DNA of 64,000 bases, taken from assembly GCA_030390025.1 (NCBI GenBank), contig CM059432.1, positions 153,328,001 through 153,392,000 on the forward strand, in the 5' to 3' direction. Position 1 is the first letter of the stretch; the number at the start of each line of letters is the position of its first letter. The DNA comes from Squalus acanthias (lineage: Eukaryota). The notes under the pieces were generated by a model. That model was given only the letters and a program-made list of their open reading frames with translations. It ran no database searches and had not been told where the DNA came from. The position numbers and the translations under genes were made by a program. Positions 9,275 to 23,136 of this stretch are shown here, piece by piece.

Positions 9275-10904
9275 TGTAGAGTTTCGCAATTATCGCGATT
9301 CAAATAATATGAGAGAAGCAGGTTCAATGGATCATTTTTATTGAACGGAATGCTGTCCTGATAATAAAGGGTACAGAAGCCTGTAAAATGGCCGCCGCGC
9401 ATCGTGGCAGAAGCTTCCAGAGACACAGTGGGCAGACAAGATGGCGTCGAATATACATTCAGTATGAGATCATACCTGGTACAAATTGAAAAGGCAGGAT
9501 GCAACCCGTTTGCATCCTGGACAATAGCAATGATATAAGTGCTTGAATCGTTTCATACGCACAGTAAGAATCATTGAACTGAGCCATCGAAAACCCATCC
9601 AGACACATCAATACACAAATACCCCCCCGGCTCAACAATGAGAGAGACATTGGCGGGTGATTAAGCCAGTATTCGGGGGGCCCCAAAACCAGTCGAGGAG
9701 ACGATTTATACACGCCCTGGCTGGCTCAACAATGGAGAAGGCATTAATGGATAGTTGGCCAGTTTCGGGTGATACCGAAACCCGTTAAGAAGATAATCGC
9801 CCCATGCTGGGAGTTTTGGGTGCCAAAATCACACAAAGAATAAACGTTTAGATTTGAGCGGGAGATAAGGCCGACAAAACAGTATAACTATAGGGGACAA
9901 ATGTCCATCGGTCTCTTGTCTCTTGGCTCTTAACTCTTCGCTAGTCTCTTTTGCTCTTGCGTTGGTTCCTTCGGCGGGGCTGTGCTGGTCGGTTATTCGA
10001 GTGTTGGGTGGAGTTCGATCGGAACGAGCCGCCTCGACACGACAGGTAGCAGGGTACACCATCCCGATCGTCGGTAAAAGGTGTCCGGACCCAGAGGCCC
10101 GAGTGACGAGAAGAAAAACAAGAAGAAAGACGAGAAGAAATTCCACGTGCCGCCACGGTCAGTAAACCCCGACCGCGCCCGAAGATAAAATGATAGAGTC
10201 CACCGGTTTGAATTCTACAGACTACTGCATGATCCGGTCTGAGTACAGACTACTTCACGATCCGGTCTGAATCCTACAGACTACTTCATGACATCAGGGA
10301 GTCTGGCTTACCCTCCGGCTCTTTGAGCGGATAGCCTGAGCCATCCGCGACGAACTTTACCGGGGCCGTCCCAAGTGGACCCATTCGCGGCAGCGAGAGT
10401 AAACAAGTCGGGTGCAGAAACCCTTTACAGCCACGTGACAGTCAGGCGCTGCAGCGGAGCTAGCCGAGAGCCTCATTTTAAATTTCCGAAGTGAGCCGAG
10501 TGGTGAGCATGTTTCCAGATCCTACAAATCCAGACGTAGTTTAGGTATATTAAGGGAGGGTGGTTTATAAGGTTAAGGTATAATGTGTTCCCCCTTTTAC
10601 GATGTGTCGTGTGTTCTCCATTTCCATAGACCAAGTTTTATGAATGTGTGTATACTGGTACTCTCTTTGATCTGCGCCTATGACATGTATTTCATGATTT
10701 TAGACGCCATGCAATAATTTTGTGATATTCAACCAGGTCTATTTGAGTTACTGCTCCTTGCATCTAAGTCCAGGTGTCAGAACCGTAAGGGCGAGTGGGT
10801 CGAACCACTCACAGGTGCTTATTGCCAAAGTCTGGCCGGAGACCAGAGCAAGCAATAGTACAGGCAACGAAAGCCTCACCTCGCACCAGTCCGTGACCCT
10901 TACA
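9275..10904. mobile_element. Solo LTR (1630 bp) of an LTR retrotransposon or endogenous retrovirus
   Basis: Starts TGTA, ends TACA; perfect 5-bp TSD GTCTC (9270-9274, 10905-10909); CpG-rich; no PBS/PPT or coding region adjacent; three copies of a ~28-bp internal repeat (tacagactact..gatccggtctga, 10203-10291). Confidence 0.8.
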
Positions 10905-11455
10905 GTCTCCTTCAGTCTTTTTTTCAAGCGAGAACAGATTTAACTCTCAGCTTCTCCTCATACCCGATTGATTTAAGAGCCGCTACTATTCGTATTGCTT
11001 TCTCTGTATCCTTTCCACCAGCTTGATGTTTTGTTCAAACTAGACAAAATACTCCACAGGATAGATTTTCAGCTGCACAGGTACAGAAAGGGCGTAGGAG
11101 AGTTGGAAAATTAGGCGAATACGACTTAGTCACGTCCTGTGGTCAATTCCCTTGGCCTGTGATGTTCCTGTACAAATTTCCCAGCGTCGACACAGGATTG
11201 CATTTTTACCTTCAAATCCCATTTTGAATGGACACAAGAGAGGCTCCATGTGCGATGGAGTCATAAAGAGAACAGGCTGTGGATATTTTTTGTTGTGGCT
11301 ATTTTTACAGTATCTATTTCGTAAACCTGTTTTTATTTGATTTTTTTCAATATTTTCCAGTCCCTGTGATGTGGGCAACACAAACCAACTTTGCCTGGTG
11401 TTCATGGCACGTTGTGTCCTGCAGAATTGATCCATTCAACAGTGATAGTATTTCC

Positions 11456-13104
11456 AAAGAACATATACATAGATACATAGATACATAGAAGATAGGAGCA
11501 GGAGTAGGCCATCCGGCCCTTCGAGCCTGCTCCGCCATTTAATGAGATCATGGCTGATCCTCCAATTCAGTATCCCGTCCCCGCCTTCTCTCCGTAACCC
11601 TTAACCCCTTTTGCCTGTAGAAATATATCTAATTCCCTCTTAAATATATTTAATGAGCTGGCGTACACTGCCCTCTGTGGCAATGAGTTCCACAGGTTCA
11701 CCACCCTCTGAGTGAAGAAATTCCCCCTCATTTCTGTCCTAAATGGTTTAGCCCTTATCCTTAAATTATGTCCTCTAGTTCTGTTCTCACCCGCCAAGGG
11801 AAACATTCCTTCTGCATCTAGTCTGTCTAGACCTGTCAGAATTTTATACACTTCTATGAGGTCCCCTCTCAATCTTCTAAACTCCAGTGTGTACATCCCT
11901 AAACTACATAGTCTCTCCTCATAGGTCAATCCCGCCATTCCTGGTATCAGCCTGGTGAATCGCCGCTGCACCCCCTCCATGGCAAGAACATCTTTCCTCA
12001 GATGAGGCGACCAAAACTGTACACAGTACTCGAGGTGTGGTCTCACCAGTGCCCTGTACAGCTGCAGCAAGGTATCCCTGTTCCTGTATTCCAACCCTTT
12101 TGCTATGAAGGCCAGCATACCGTTTGCCTTCTTGACCGCCTGTTGCACCTGCATGCTCGCCTTCAGTGACTGGTGTACAAGAACACCCAGGTCTCTCTGT
12201 ACTTCCCCCTCTCCCAATTTATTGCCATTTAAATAATAATTTGCCCTCCCGTTCCTGCACCCAAGGTGGATAACTTCGCACTTGTCCACATTATAGTGCA
12301 TCTGCCATTTATCCGCCCAATCACCCAGTCTGTCCAAATCGCTCTGGAGCTTCCTGGTCTCCTCCTCTGAGCCCACCCCCCCTCCTAGTTTAGTGTCGTC
12401 TGCAAATTTGGAAATGCTGCATCTGACTCCCTGATCCAGGTCATTAATGTAAATTGTGAACAGCTGGGGACCCAGGACAGATCCCTGTGGTACCCCACTT
12501 GTTACTGCCTGCCATTCAGAAAATGAGCCGTTTATTCCAACTCTTTGTTTTCTATCTGACAGCCAGTTCTCTATCCACGTCAATACTTTCCCCTTTATCC
12601 CATGAGCTTCAATTTTCCATGCTAATCTTTTATGTGGGACCTTATCGAAGGCCTTTTGGAAGTCCAGGTACACCACATCTACTGGCTCTCCCCCATCTAT
12701 TTTACCAGTTACTCCCTCAAAAAATTCCAATAGATTAGTCAAGCACGATTTACCCTTTGTAAATCCATGTTGACTCTGTCCTATCCTGTCCCCATTTGCT
12801 AAGTGCTCCGCTATTTCATCCTTAATGATGGACTCCAGCATTTTGCCCACAACTGATGTAAGGCTTACAGGTCTGTAATTACCTGCTTTTTCTCTACCCC
12901 CCTTTTTGAATAGTGGGGTAACGTTAGCTACCCTCCAATCCATGGGCACTGTTCCCGAGTCTAATGAATTCTGAAAAATCATACTTAGTGCATCCGCTAT
13001 CTCTAGGGCCACCTCCTTCAGTACCCTAGGATGCATGTTATCAGGCCCTGGGGATTTGTCCGCCTTCAATCCCTTTAGCTTCCTTAACACCATATCCTTA
13101 GATT
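11456..13104 (-). mobile_element. 5'-truncated CR1/HER1 LINE with uninterrupted RT and (CTATGTAT)n tail
   Basis: ORF 11567-13195: KSPGPD, NYRPVSLTSVVGK, YLDFQKAFDKVPH, GVPQGSVLGP, KFADDTK, RPHLEYCVQFWSP; octamer tail repeats at 11461-11490. Confidence 0.92.
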
Positions 13105-13406
13105 GATTTACGTCAGTTCCTCCTTTGCCATATGTGGGCACAAAGCAGAACTTAGGAAGCCTGCTCATTGCAGGTAATGTAATGCCAGAGGTCAAGAAAT
13201 CAGAACGAACTTAATCCAGGAACAAAAAATAAATAGAACAAATTCAGACAGAATCCAAAACCTAATGGAAGGAAACCAACAGATAGTTCACAGCCAAAGC
13301 AGCAGTCACATCCCTCAATGGGGTTCATTCCTGAACAGAACTATTCCCTCTTGTCAACTTGATCATCTAAAACAGCACAAATGTGGAATAATGCTAGCAA
13401 TATTAA

Positions 13407-14170
13407 GGGCTGGATTTTGCCAATGGGGAGCTTTTGAAGGCGGGACTCCCACTTGTCGGGTTTCAGTCCCGCCTCCATCAGCTTCTGGCCAACCCACGCT
13501 ATTTTCCCTTGATTGATCTTGTTAAGCCCGCCCAGCGGGTCTAGCAGGCCAATTAAGGGACAGCCGGTTACAGAGAACGTCAACATATGACGTTTCATCT
13601 GTCAAAAATTTTCTGACATTCTCTGTAGTTTGATGAGTTCTTGAATTTAAGACCTCATCAAACCTCTTTCTTTTGCAGAAATTAGATGGTTGTTGCATTG
13701 GCGAATGCAGCGGCCATCTGTCATCTCTGCCGCATAGGTGCGAGACTCTCCACATACACACCAATTGAAGCCCACAGGAAGAAACAAAGGTAAGTTCACT
13801 TTTTCTAACACTTTCCACTCACCTCACATATTCACCTCTCCACACTTGCACCCATCACTTACCTTCACAGCGCACTTTTGCACCCCTCCGACTCTTGCAG
13901 AGCCACTGCTCGCCTCGGTGACCCTGGCGGGTTTCGGAGCCTTCGGGAAGCCCGCACTTGTGTGGGCAAAATGGGGATAATCCTCTTATCTGCCTGTTAA
14001 CTACCTGTTAACACGCAGTTAAGTGGCTGTAATCCCTTCCCGCCTTCAAGGAGACGGGACCCGGCGCGGGGCGGCTACCCGCCTCCTGGCAAGATGGCAC
14101 AGAGGCGGGTTGGGCTCCCGCCCCCAGATTCTGCCATTTTCCCGGCAGTCCTGCCTCCAAAATCCAGCCC
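13407..14170. mobile_element. Non-autonomous Harbinger-type MITE (GGGCTGGATTTT family)
   Basis: TIRs GGGCTGGATTTT / AAAATCCAGCCC; flanks TAA/AAA; homologous to 23506-24316. Confidence 0.75.
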
Positions 14171-14459
14171 AAAGTGTTCTGTGTACAGACAAGTGAGCTT
14201 GATATGCTGTAATTGATATTTCTACAAATAAAGAAGGACAGCCTACATAAAATACATACAATACAAAGAAATCACCAGTTCTATTTACCGTGTGTAATGT
14301 GTTGTATTTGTTGTATTTAGTGTTTCTATCTCACAAGATTTATTTACTTCCTCCCAGTGTGTGCACAGTTGGCTGCATTTGTTTTCTTTGTGTGTTAACC
14401 TTAGGGGACCAGCAATTCCACACTGATAGAATGGCCCTGAAAATGCGTGGGCCTACGGG

Positions 14460-14597
14460 CATTGTTCCCCCTAAGGTGTGCGGGCATCAATCGGGAGGTC
14501 CGGCGCAGGCCGCTCGCAAGCTGTTGCTGCTGGAAGACCGCAGCCGCGCAGCAAATTTAAAGGGACAGCGCACAAAACAAAATGAGAGGGAGCATTG
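14460..14597. mobile_element. hAT-type MITE, 138 bp
   Basis: TIRs CATTGTTCCCCCT / AGAGGGAGCATTG; perfect 8-bp TSD CCTACGGG (14452-14459, 14598-14605). Confidence 0.8.
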
Positions 14598-16173
14598 CCT
14601 ACGGGTGCACTGGCACCGTATCTCTGATGGGAGTGTGGTGGAAGGCCTGTGAATTAGGCTGAGACCTGGCCAGGTCGCAGCCTGTGCTAATAGTTTCTGG
14701 GGACCTTGTTTTGGGACAGTACCTCCATCCGCGCCAATATAGGTCCCCTTGTGTGAAAGGTTGCCAGCCCAGGACTTTCCCTAGTCCCCGGTAGGGGTTG
14801 GCTGGTGAACTAGGGTGGGCCGGTAAGCTGAGAAGGAAGAGGTATTCCGACCCCAGGAATGGTGTATGTGAGAGCCAACTTGGGGGTTCAGGCCTCAGTC
14901 GTGCTCTCGACCCCAAAGAATTGATGGAGTACAGGTTGATTTCAGCCCCCTTATGAAAGGGGCCAATAGGCTGTATATTCTTGGTTTCTTGGGAGGGTGG
15001 GGGAGATCTGGTGCCCCCACCTGGAGTAAGACAACTTTGGCTGGGCTTCCCAGCCTTGTGGGACAAGCGGGTGGGCACGCCCAGCCCGTCCCTCCCTGCC
15101 CCTCTCCCCCAATGGTGTAAATCAGGGAACCTTCCCCTGACACTACTGGACCATTGTACTGGGGCAGATATTGATGCAATGGTACTGACTGATGACTCTG
15201 GAACTTAAAGTGCTCTGTCCTCTCAGAGAGGGCACACTGGCTATTGTTGTCACATCTAAGAAGGTGTACTTGGAGTTGGTACCACCAGTGGCAGGATGCT
15301 GGCCAGAGAGCACTGTCTTGGTTTGGATGATCCAATGCTAAGAGTAATGGAAGACCAAACCTGCCTGAGATCAGCCTGGATGAGACCCTGAATGCCTGAT
15401 AAACCCACACACAGCAGGGACTCTAGATCAATGCTAATGTTGGTTAGACCAAAATGCAGAGCAGTGCCAAGTCATTTAGACAATAATGCAATGCAGATTG
15501 AAGTCCTGCAAAGCCAGACTGCAATATTTTATACAAGCCAGATATGGAACTTCAAATGCTTGAGACCATCACACATTGCTCATTGTCCATTGCTGCTGTT
15601 CCTTGTTGGAATACACATCGTACAAGATCTCTATGTTCGGGTTTGTCAGTTGAACCTCCCCCATCTGCAGCAAAATACCTTGCAAATACCATTCGGTAAT
15701 ACCTGTAAGCAAGACAATTTTGGCCAAGAACTCCAGATTTCTATGTCAGCACTCTTACTGAATGGGAAGTCCAGCCCACATTCTGCTTAGGCACAAAAGG
15801 GTAGTAATAATGAGTAAAATCTACCCCATATGTACTGGAAGTATGTTTACTGCAGTCAACCCATTTCAAAACATAGAAATTCGGATCTAAGCATTCAATT
15901 TCATTGCACAGGACTCCTGACTAATCCAGGAGTAAAACATTCTCATTTATCTAGCTCTTAGCATTTGACCTATTAAATATGGCCATACCATTGCCAAGCT
16001 TTACCTAGAGGCAGCGGCCTTTTTTAGGAGTCAAATCACTTTCACGCAAAAACTAGATTGTTTTGTTCCTTTTGTCCTGCTGTGTGTTTTATATTTAATG
16101 GATGAATAATTAAAAGAGTTACAATTGACTATTTGGGGGTGAAATTGGTCTTTGGCAGCAGTGTGAAACGGAC

Positions 16174-19100
16174 TGCGGGAATTTTAACACCCAAGAATGG
16201 GTGGGTTGAAGTCGAATGGGTAGTAAAATTAGAAAATTGAAGTGCGGCTGCAATCCGGCTCAAATGCGCCCACTTCCAGGTTTAACTGTGACGCACATAG
16301 CTGCGTGCGTGCGTGTAACCTGCTCACCAGAGTCGCTGCGATAATTAGTACAGGTGGGCCAGCACTTAATACAGGATTTAAGATGATAATTGAATGGAAA
16401 TGAAGGGGTACACCTTCAAAATTGGCTCATGACACCTGTGAAGAATTCCATCTATGAGGCGCAGGAGCGCTACAACAAGAGCCACTTGACCATCGGGTGT
16501 GTCATAGAGTAAGCCATCGGAATGTTGAAGGTGCACTTCATGTGCCTAGATAGGTCTGGAGGTATGCTTCAGAATCATAGTGGTGTGCTGCGTCCTGCAC
16601 AATATTGCGCAGCAGAGAGGATTACAGGTGGAAAAGGTCAAAGGCATCTTCGGATGAGGAGAATATTGAATAAGAGGAGGAGGAGGAGGATAAGGATGTA
16701 GATGGGGCACCCATCACCAGACCAGCTGCGGATCCACCCATTGCACATCCGCCCAATGGGTACAGTCATGTATTGGCATTCGTCATGAAACAAGTGAAAG
16801 GATGAGCTGGCACTCGGGTCGCAATAATGGGCAAGGTATGGAAAGGGTGCTAATCAATAAATTTTATGTGGCGTTATAAAAAAAGGAAAATTAACATAAC
16901 ATTTTGTCAAACACTCATGTGAATGCCCTTGGTGAATTACAATTGCTTTAACTTACGCTTCCTACCCCTTCTACATGGTGCATCCCGTGTGGCTTCAGCA
17001 GAGGTAGAGGCAGGCTGCTCAGATCCCTGCCCTGGCCGCTCAGATACTTTTGCTCTGGCTTTTGGAGCCCCTGAGGGCTCGCCAAAGACTGCTCCAGTGC
17101 ACCTGTGCAGGGGCAGACTCGGCAGCATGTCGGGTTACTGGCTGGTGGAGGGGTTGGCAACGGGTGAGAAGTAGGAGCGCTTTGAGTGGAGTTCCCATTT
17201 CCATATCCCCTTTCGCTATCATCACTCTGCTGGACCAGTGCCACATCACACCTACCACTCTGTTGCAGACCAACTTGGTGAAGATCAGTGGCACATTATA
17301 AGGCCATGGATACGGTATCTGTCATCCTCTTTAAAGCGGCAGACATGTTGGCATCCGAAGACTGCACGGCCGTGGTCAAAGCCTGCATGGACTCATTGGA
17401 GAGCTGTGCTTGAAACTCCATGGAGGCAGCCACTCTCGCCATGGCAGACATTCTTGCAACTCCTTGCGCCACCAATCCACTCCTTCATCCTCTCCGCTAT
17501 TATGGAGAGTGTGCATGGCACGTCTGTCAGTACCTGGCTAAGTTGCTGATGCATCTCTAGCATTCACCTTCTCAATGATAGCCCCTGGGGTTCAGCATCT
17601 GTGTCCAGCTGAGCAGAGCTTGGAGAAGATTGCTCCCTCTGACGTTCTCATCCTTGTTTTCAAATCCCTCCATGGCCTCGCCCCTCCCTATCTCTGTAGC
17701 CTCCTCCAGCCCCACAACCCCCCCACGAGATATCTGCGCTCCTCTAATTCTGCCCTCTTGAGGATCCCTGATTATAATCGCTCAACCTTTGGTGGCCGTG
17801 CCTTCTGTTGCCTGGGCCCTAAGCTCTGGAATTCCCTGCCTAAACCTGTCCGCCTCGCTACCTCTCTTTCCTCCTTTAAGACGCTCCTTAAAACCTACCT
17901 CTTTGACCAAGCTTTTGGTCACCTGCCCTAATTTCTCCTTATGTGGCTCAGTGTCAAATTTTTTGTCTTATAACACTCCTGTGCAGTGCCTTGGGATGTT
18001 TTACTACATTAAAGGCGCTATATAAATACAAGTTGTTGCTGTTGTTGACATGGACTCTCCACAGCTGTCCCTGCCACCAGTGTCTGTTTGTGCTCACTTC
18101 TGAGGTGTGAATCACCAGGTGAAGACCCAACTAACTCTCTAACTGGACCCACCGAATTGCAAGTATCTGCACTGGTGCATGGCTGTACGTCTTGTGACGG
18201 TGCACCCTCAGAAGGAATAAGCTTCCCTGAGGAATCGTCCTCATGCATCTCCAGCGATACTTGCTGTATACGTGAAGGCCCTAGAGGACAAAAGAATGTG
18301 ATATGAATTAGTCATGACAAAGTAACGATCTTGACAATCACCATATTCAGTCTTCTCATTGTTCAGTCATTGATGAAATAAAGTCAGCATATGTGTGTCA
18401 GAGATATTTTTAATTCTGTCACCAGCCATCTGCAACTTCCCAGTCTCTCCATCTCCGGTTGAGGGGGCTCAGATGCGCCACTTATCTCCAAGGCCTCCTC
18501 CTCCGCATCTGTGAGCTGTACTATTTGTGGCAGCCCACCTCCAGTCCTCTCCCTCTCCCTTGTGTTTGGGCTCTCTTCTCCTACAAGAGGTGAAAAAACA
18601 GACCTATGAGTGAATGAAATTCACATAATCACTGAATGGATGCAGTGCAGTCGGTAAGGGTGACTATGAGACAGATGCATCGCATTGCATAAGGATTGGG
18701 GTGAGTGTCGGCGGTGGATGGATAAATGGGGAGGTGATGAAGTGCATAGAAAGTGAAGGCTGGATGCTGCTGAAAGTTGAGTGGGTGTGAGGGGCGATGT
18801 GATGGAGAACACTTAGCAAGACAGAGTGACGGGAGGGGGAGGGGGCTTAAAGCACAGGACGTAGGTGAATCAGCAAATGTACTCACTTTTCCTGACCTGG
18901 TTAGGCCATTAAATCGCTTCCTACATTGCATCCAAGAACAGGATGCAATGCTCCTGCTGCTCACCTCCTCAGCTACCTCCAACAGAGCCACAGGTTTCTT
19001 CCTCCCATTACTGGGGAGAAGCGTGTCCCTCCTGCTCCTGACTGCACCCAGTCTATTCTAGGGAAGCATCATTGACTCTGGGTGCTGCCCTTGCTCTTTA

Positions 19101-19366
19101 TGTATCCATTCTAAACACCTTCTGGCTCTTCCAAATTCCATTTCTGCATTAGCCCTTTAAATACTGGAGTTGATATAGTGTCAAGCGGGTGTGTATCACG
19201 CCTGCTGTGCAGTTTGGAGACGCGAAGCCCAGAAGTCAAACTTTATTGCCTCAATCAAGCTGATATTGGAGAATCTGAGACGCTGACTTTACTTCCGGGT
19301 TTCGCACATGCAATTCTCCCCCCTCCTTCCCCGCTCGTAACCCGCCTTTACATTAATATCGGGGCC
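16174..19366. mobile_element. Decayed two-gene Harbinger (transposase remnant on +, Myb/SANT remnant on -); ends approximate
   Basis: 16420-16700 encodes WLMTP..ERYNKSH..GMLKVHFMCLDRSGG..VVCCVLHNIA plus an acidic tail. 19109-16937 (-) encodes a decayed Myb gene (EVAEEVSSRS..WMQCRKRFNGL, gtgagt donor at 18886, C-terminus APCRRGRKRK). Confidence 0.7.
17641..18045 (+). mobile_element. L2 LINE 3' fragment inserted in the decayed Harbinger
   Basis: LVFKSLHGLAPPYL..LRS..GGRAF..GPKLWNSLP..FKTLLKTYLF; tail gcgctatataaatacaagttgttg. Confidence 0.8.
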
Positions 19367-20372
19367 ATAGTGAATCGGCAGCACGTTCTACACCGTGCCT
19401 CATTTTCATATCTCTCGCTACAGCTGGAACGCTTGGTCAAACTCCCAAGCAACGATGCTGGCCCTTGTGTAATGAGTGATTCAAGGGTTATATGTAAGTC
19501 AGGGCTGCCTTTAGGCAACGGGCGCAGAGACTGCATTTGGATTGCATGTGTTGCTATGAATTAGACAGCATAACTGAGACCAAAGAGAAACTTGGATTAA
19601 GCACAGGAATGGAAGAGAAAAGCTCAGTGTTGTGAGAAACAGGACTTGAGGGGACTGAGGCAGAGAAGTTCCAGCAGCAGTAAAAGTGAAAAAAAAATTA
19701 GTAAGTGAGGAAGCCCTGTGTGTCCACTCAGCAGAGGGCTATAATAGGCAAAGGGGCGGAAACTGGGTGGAAGGGAGGTTAAAATCACCTCGAAGACTTC
19801 CTCGCCGACGTCCCACTCCCTTCCCGCAGTCTCCAATTTTAACCTGCTCTTCTGAGCAAGTGGGAAGGACATCTGCTGGACGCTGGCAGAGACCTTTTTA
19901 AACTATTGACAGCATAACTGTCTTTAAATATGTAGATCGGGCTCCAGTGATGTCATTGGGACCCGCCTGCTGGTTTAACCAGTGGCCTGAGCTGGAGGAG
20001 CCGTTGTGGCTTTTCAGACCAGGCCCAAAGAGATGGGGGCCCAGAAATTCAAGTAGGCCAGAAACCTGCCGGTAACAGCGCCGGCCAGGTCTAACGGCCG
20101 CCCGCAGAGAGAGCGCACCTGGTGCTGCCTGCTAATTTACATCAGCGAAACGGAGAATCTGCGGTGCAACGCGCTCTTTCCGGCGCTAAGCTGAGCAGGA
20201 GGCCGAAGGTCGCGTCTGTCACTGCTTGGATTTAAGGAGAACGAGGAACAAACGAGTCAACCTGCAGCCCATGTACGGAACAGTTGCCGTATTTATTACA
20301 GCAATTTACCTGCCACCCGCTCACCAATCAATGTTGTAGCATTGCATTCAGCTTTTGTGGAGAAAACTCTTG

Positions 20373-21266
20373 GGGGGGAAAAATTCAGTTGGTTGCGCCT
20401 CCCGTTAGCGCCTTAAGAGGGCGCTAATGGGGCGTAAAGCCACGAGCGCCCGGGCGCGGCGATGTTTGCGGCGCTCGCGAAATTAACTAGACATTTTGCG
20501 GCGGCGCTAAACACTACCGCCACGATCTCCTGCGCCGGCAGATCGTGACGTCAGTCGAGTGCGCAACGCCCCGGTAGCGCCCCGGAGCAGATATTGAGTG
20601 GCGCCCCCTGCCTTACCACCTGCCGCTAGCAACGACAGGTTGAGGGGAGCGTTTTGCAGTCAGGAAGGGACTGGGGGAGCGCTATTTAAAGGCGACCACT
20701 TCCTGCCTTTTATTGTTGATGACATTTTTGAACCACGCATTCTGAGAGAGAGAGAGAGAGACTTCTGGAGAGATTCAACGCTGTGTGAAGGAGTTTTGGG
20801 TACTGAGCAGCACTTTGCAGGTTCATTTTGATTTGCCCTTCCTTGTATTGATTTAGAAGAGACTCTGGGGGCTGCACTCTGAGCTCTTTCCCTGGTTCTC
20901 TCCATTATTCTTTCCAGCAGATTTGATGTACAGGTCTCTCCAGGCCGAGATTCAAGGCTGCAATGAGCAGGGTGTGGATGGAAAGCAAGATCAACCCTCC
21001 CCTTTAAGAACTGGCCGGCGCCATTGTGTCTGTGTTCCATTGCTGATTGACATCACATGAGCTCCGCCAGCGCTCTGAGGTAGTGCCTCGCTCATCGGCC
21101 TTTGCGCCTTAAGACAGGTGTGAAGTGCCTGATTTAGCGCTCCAATCATCTCCAGGGGCGATAAAAGTCAAGTTTGCAGTCGGAGGCGATAATTAGTGCC
21201 AGGCGCTAATCTTTGCACCCGGCCGATAATTGCGCCCCAATTGGGGCGATACTGAATTTCTCCCCC
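20373..21266 (-). mobile_element. Harbinger MITE, subfamily 2 (copy A), ~0.89 kb
   Basis: TIRs GGGGG(G)AAAAATT / AATTTCTCCCCC; TSD TTG (boundary ambiguous by 1 bp); both ends homologous to 4861-9266; closest to 55005-55902. Confidence 0.85.
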
Positions 21267-23136
21267 TTGTTGTTCAAAGTGACACAAGCAAAGCTCTGGA
21301 ACCTACCTAGCTCCAGCTCGTAAAATTTCAACAGATGGAAAAAGGGTTCGGGAACTTGTTTATTCATTTGTGGGGAGTCTGTCGACTGTGCCGGGGAAGA
21401 CTGTGGTTTGATCGTATGTCGGGTTTTATGGGATCAGAGGAGAAGGGGAGAAGGTGTGGGTGTAAAACAGGGCAAATTAATGATTTTGTTTGTACTGTAG
21501 TCTGTACCGCTCATTGCACTGAGGAAGGCATGCAGCATTCAGAGTTGTTTAAAGAGACACCGTTCCCTGCGGACGCCGTAGATAAAAAGGACACTGTTCA
21601 TTTTTTTGGCCCATTTAATACTTTCAAGGACTCTCCCCTATCACTTTACCCACACATCACATTCTAAAGGAATAGAGGCTAAGCCAAGCTCTTCATTTTA
21701 AATGCTTGTTTAAATTTTCATGAAGCAGGAAGAAAAAGATGTAGGACAGGGACGATCAAATCCAGCAGGTTGTAGTTTCTGAAACCATTTTACTGCAGTC
21801 ATAATTTCATTGATATGCTGAGGTCACTTTAGTCACAGGCTTAGGAGGGTCTGACAGCTGAGGGCTTTTTATTATTCCATGGGGAGGAGAAAGTACTTAT
21901 AGCTGATAACTTAAAGAATTTGAATTCACACTTCAGATTTCAGAGATCGAAACACTGAACATCGTAGGTGATTCCTAATCCAAACCTCAAGCCTACTCTT
22001 ATAGTCACTCAGAAGTAATCACTTGCGATATTCTGCATCTTCCCATTTGTTACACATTCAGTATTACAATCTCGGGCAGGACAGTCTCAAATAAGCAAAC
22101 CACCGAAAAAAAAATTAAACTTTACCTACAAATCCCATGGGTCAGCTATCAAAACCTAGGTTTGCAATTAATATAAACACTACATTAGCTACGTGGAGAT
22201 AATTCTAACTTTACTTTCTGGCTGTCATACATTTGTCACTTGAAGCGTCCTCAGGGAATTGCTGTGTACGACGGTGAAGCGCTGTTAGTGGCTTCACGCA
22301 CGGGTGTGCTTTGGAGACGGCGGCAATAGGCGTGGCGATCTCTAAAATGGATGAGCGGGCGTCAATTTGTGTTGCAGGCCGATTGACGTCACGCTCCGAC
22401 TAATTACAATACTTTCGGCGAGCGCCGGCAACGGCAGCGCTGCTGACCTGCCGAAAATGGCGGCCGCCACGGGACCCGCAGGCAAGGGCGGAAGTGAGGC
22501 AGCCGCCATTTTTTTCCCCAAAACGGGCCTTAACGACCAGCGCTAACACTTCCAATTTCTAGGCCACAGTTTTTAAAACTATCTTTTAAATTTCCTTGTG
22601 GGCCTAGGTAGAGCAGGATTATTCCTCCTGTTCCCACAAGGAAAGTTTACGCCTCCATTGCCCCGGCATCCTCGTCCCCATTCCCAATCGCGAGACCCTC
22701 CCGAAACCCGCTCCCCTCAACTTACTTGAGTGCTCGGGACTTCAGACTCGGCCAATGGTCTCCTGCCATCCAACATTCTGCTCCCCCATGTTGGCCGGTT
22801 TCGAGCGGGCAACTGACCGGGAGCAAGCGATGTGGCCCAGGAGTTAAAATCCCCCCGACATCAGACTGCCGAGGTCAGGATACTTTGCTGGTCCCCTTGG
22901 TCCCCAACCGTACAATATTCGCCCGTGTTAACATTGGAGCTGTAATCTTTGCACAACTGCATCGCGTTATAAGCAGTAGGATTGGTTTCATTTTTTTAAA
23001 AGTAAATACCATTTCTACAACACCCGCTGAGATTGGTCTCAGAGATCCAGCTTTGGTAGCTGCAGTAACAAATGAAGCCCCATTGGGATTTACCACCCAC
23101 AAATACTCCTTGTTTGGTGCATAAAATCTTGACACG

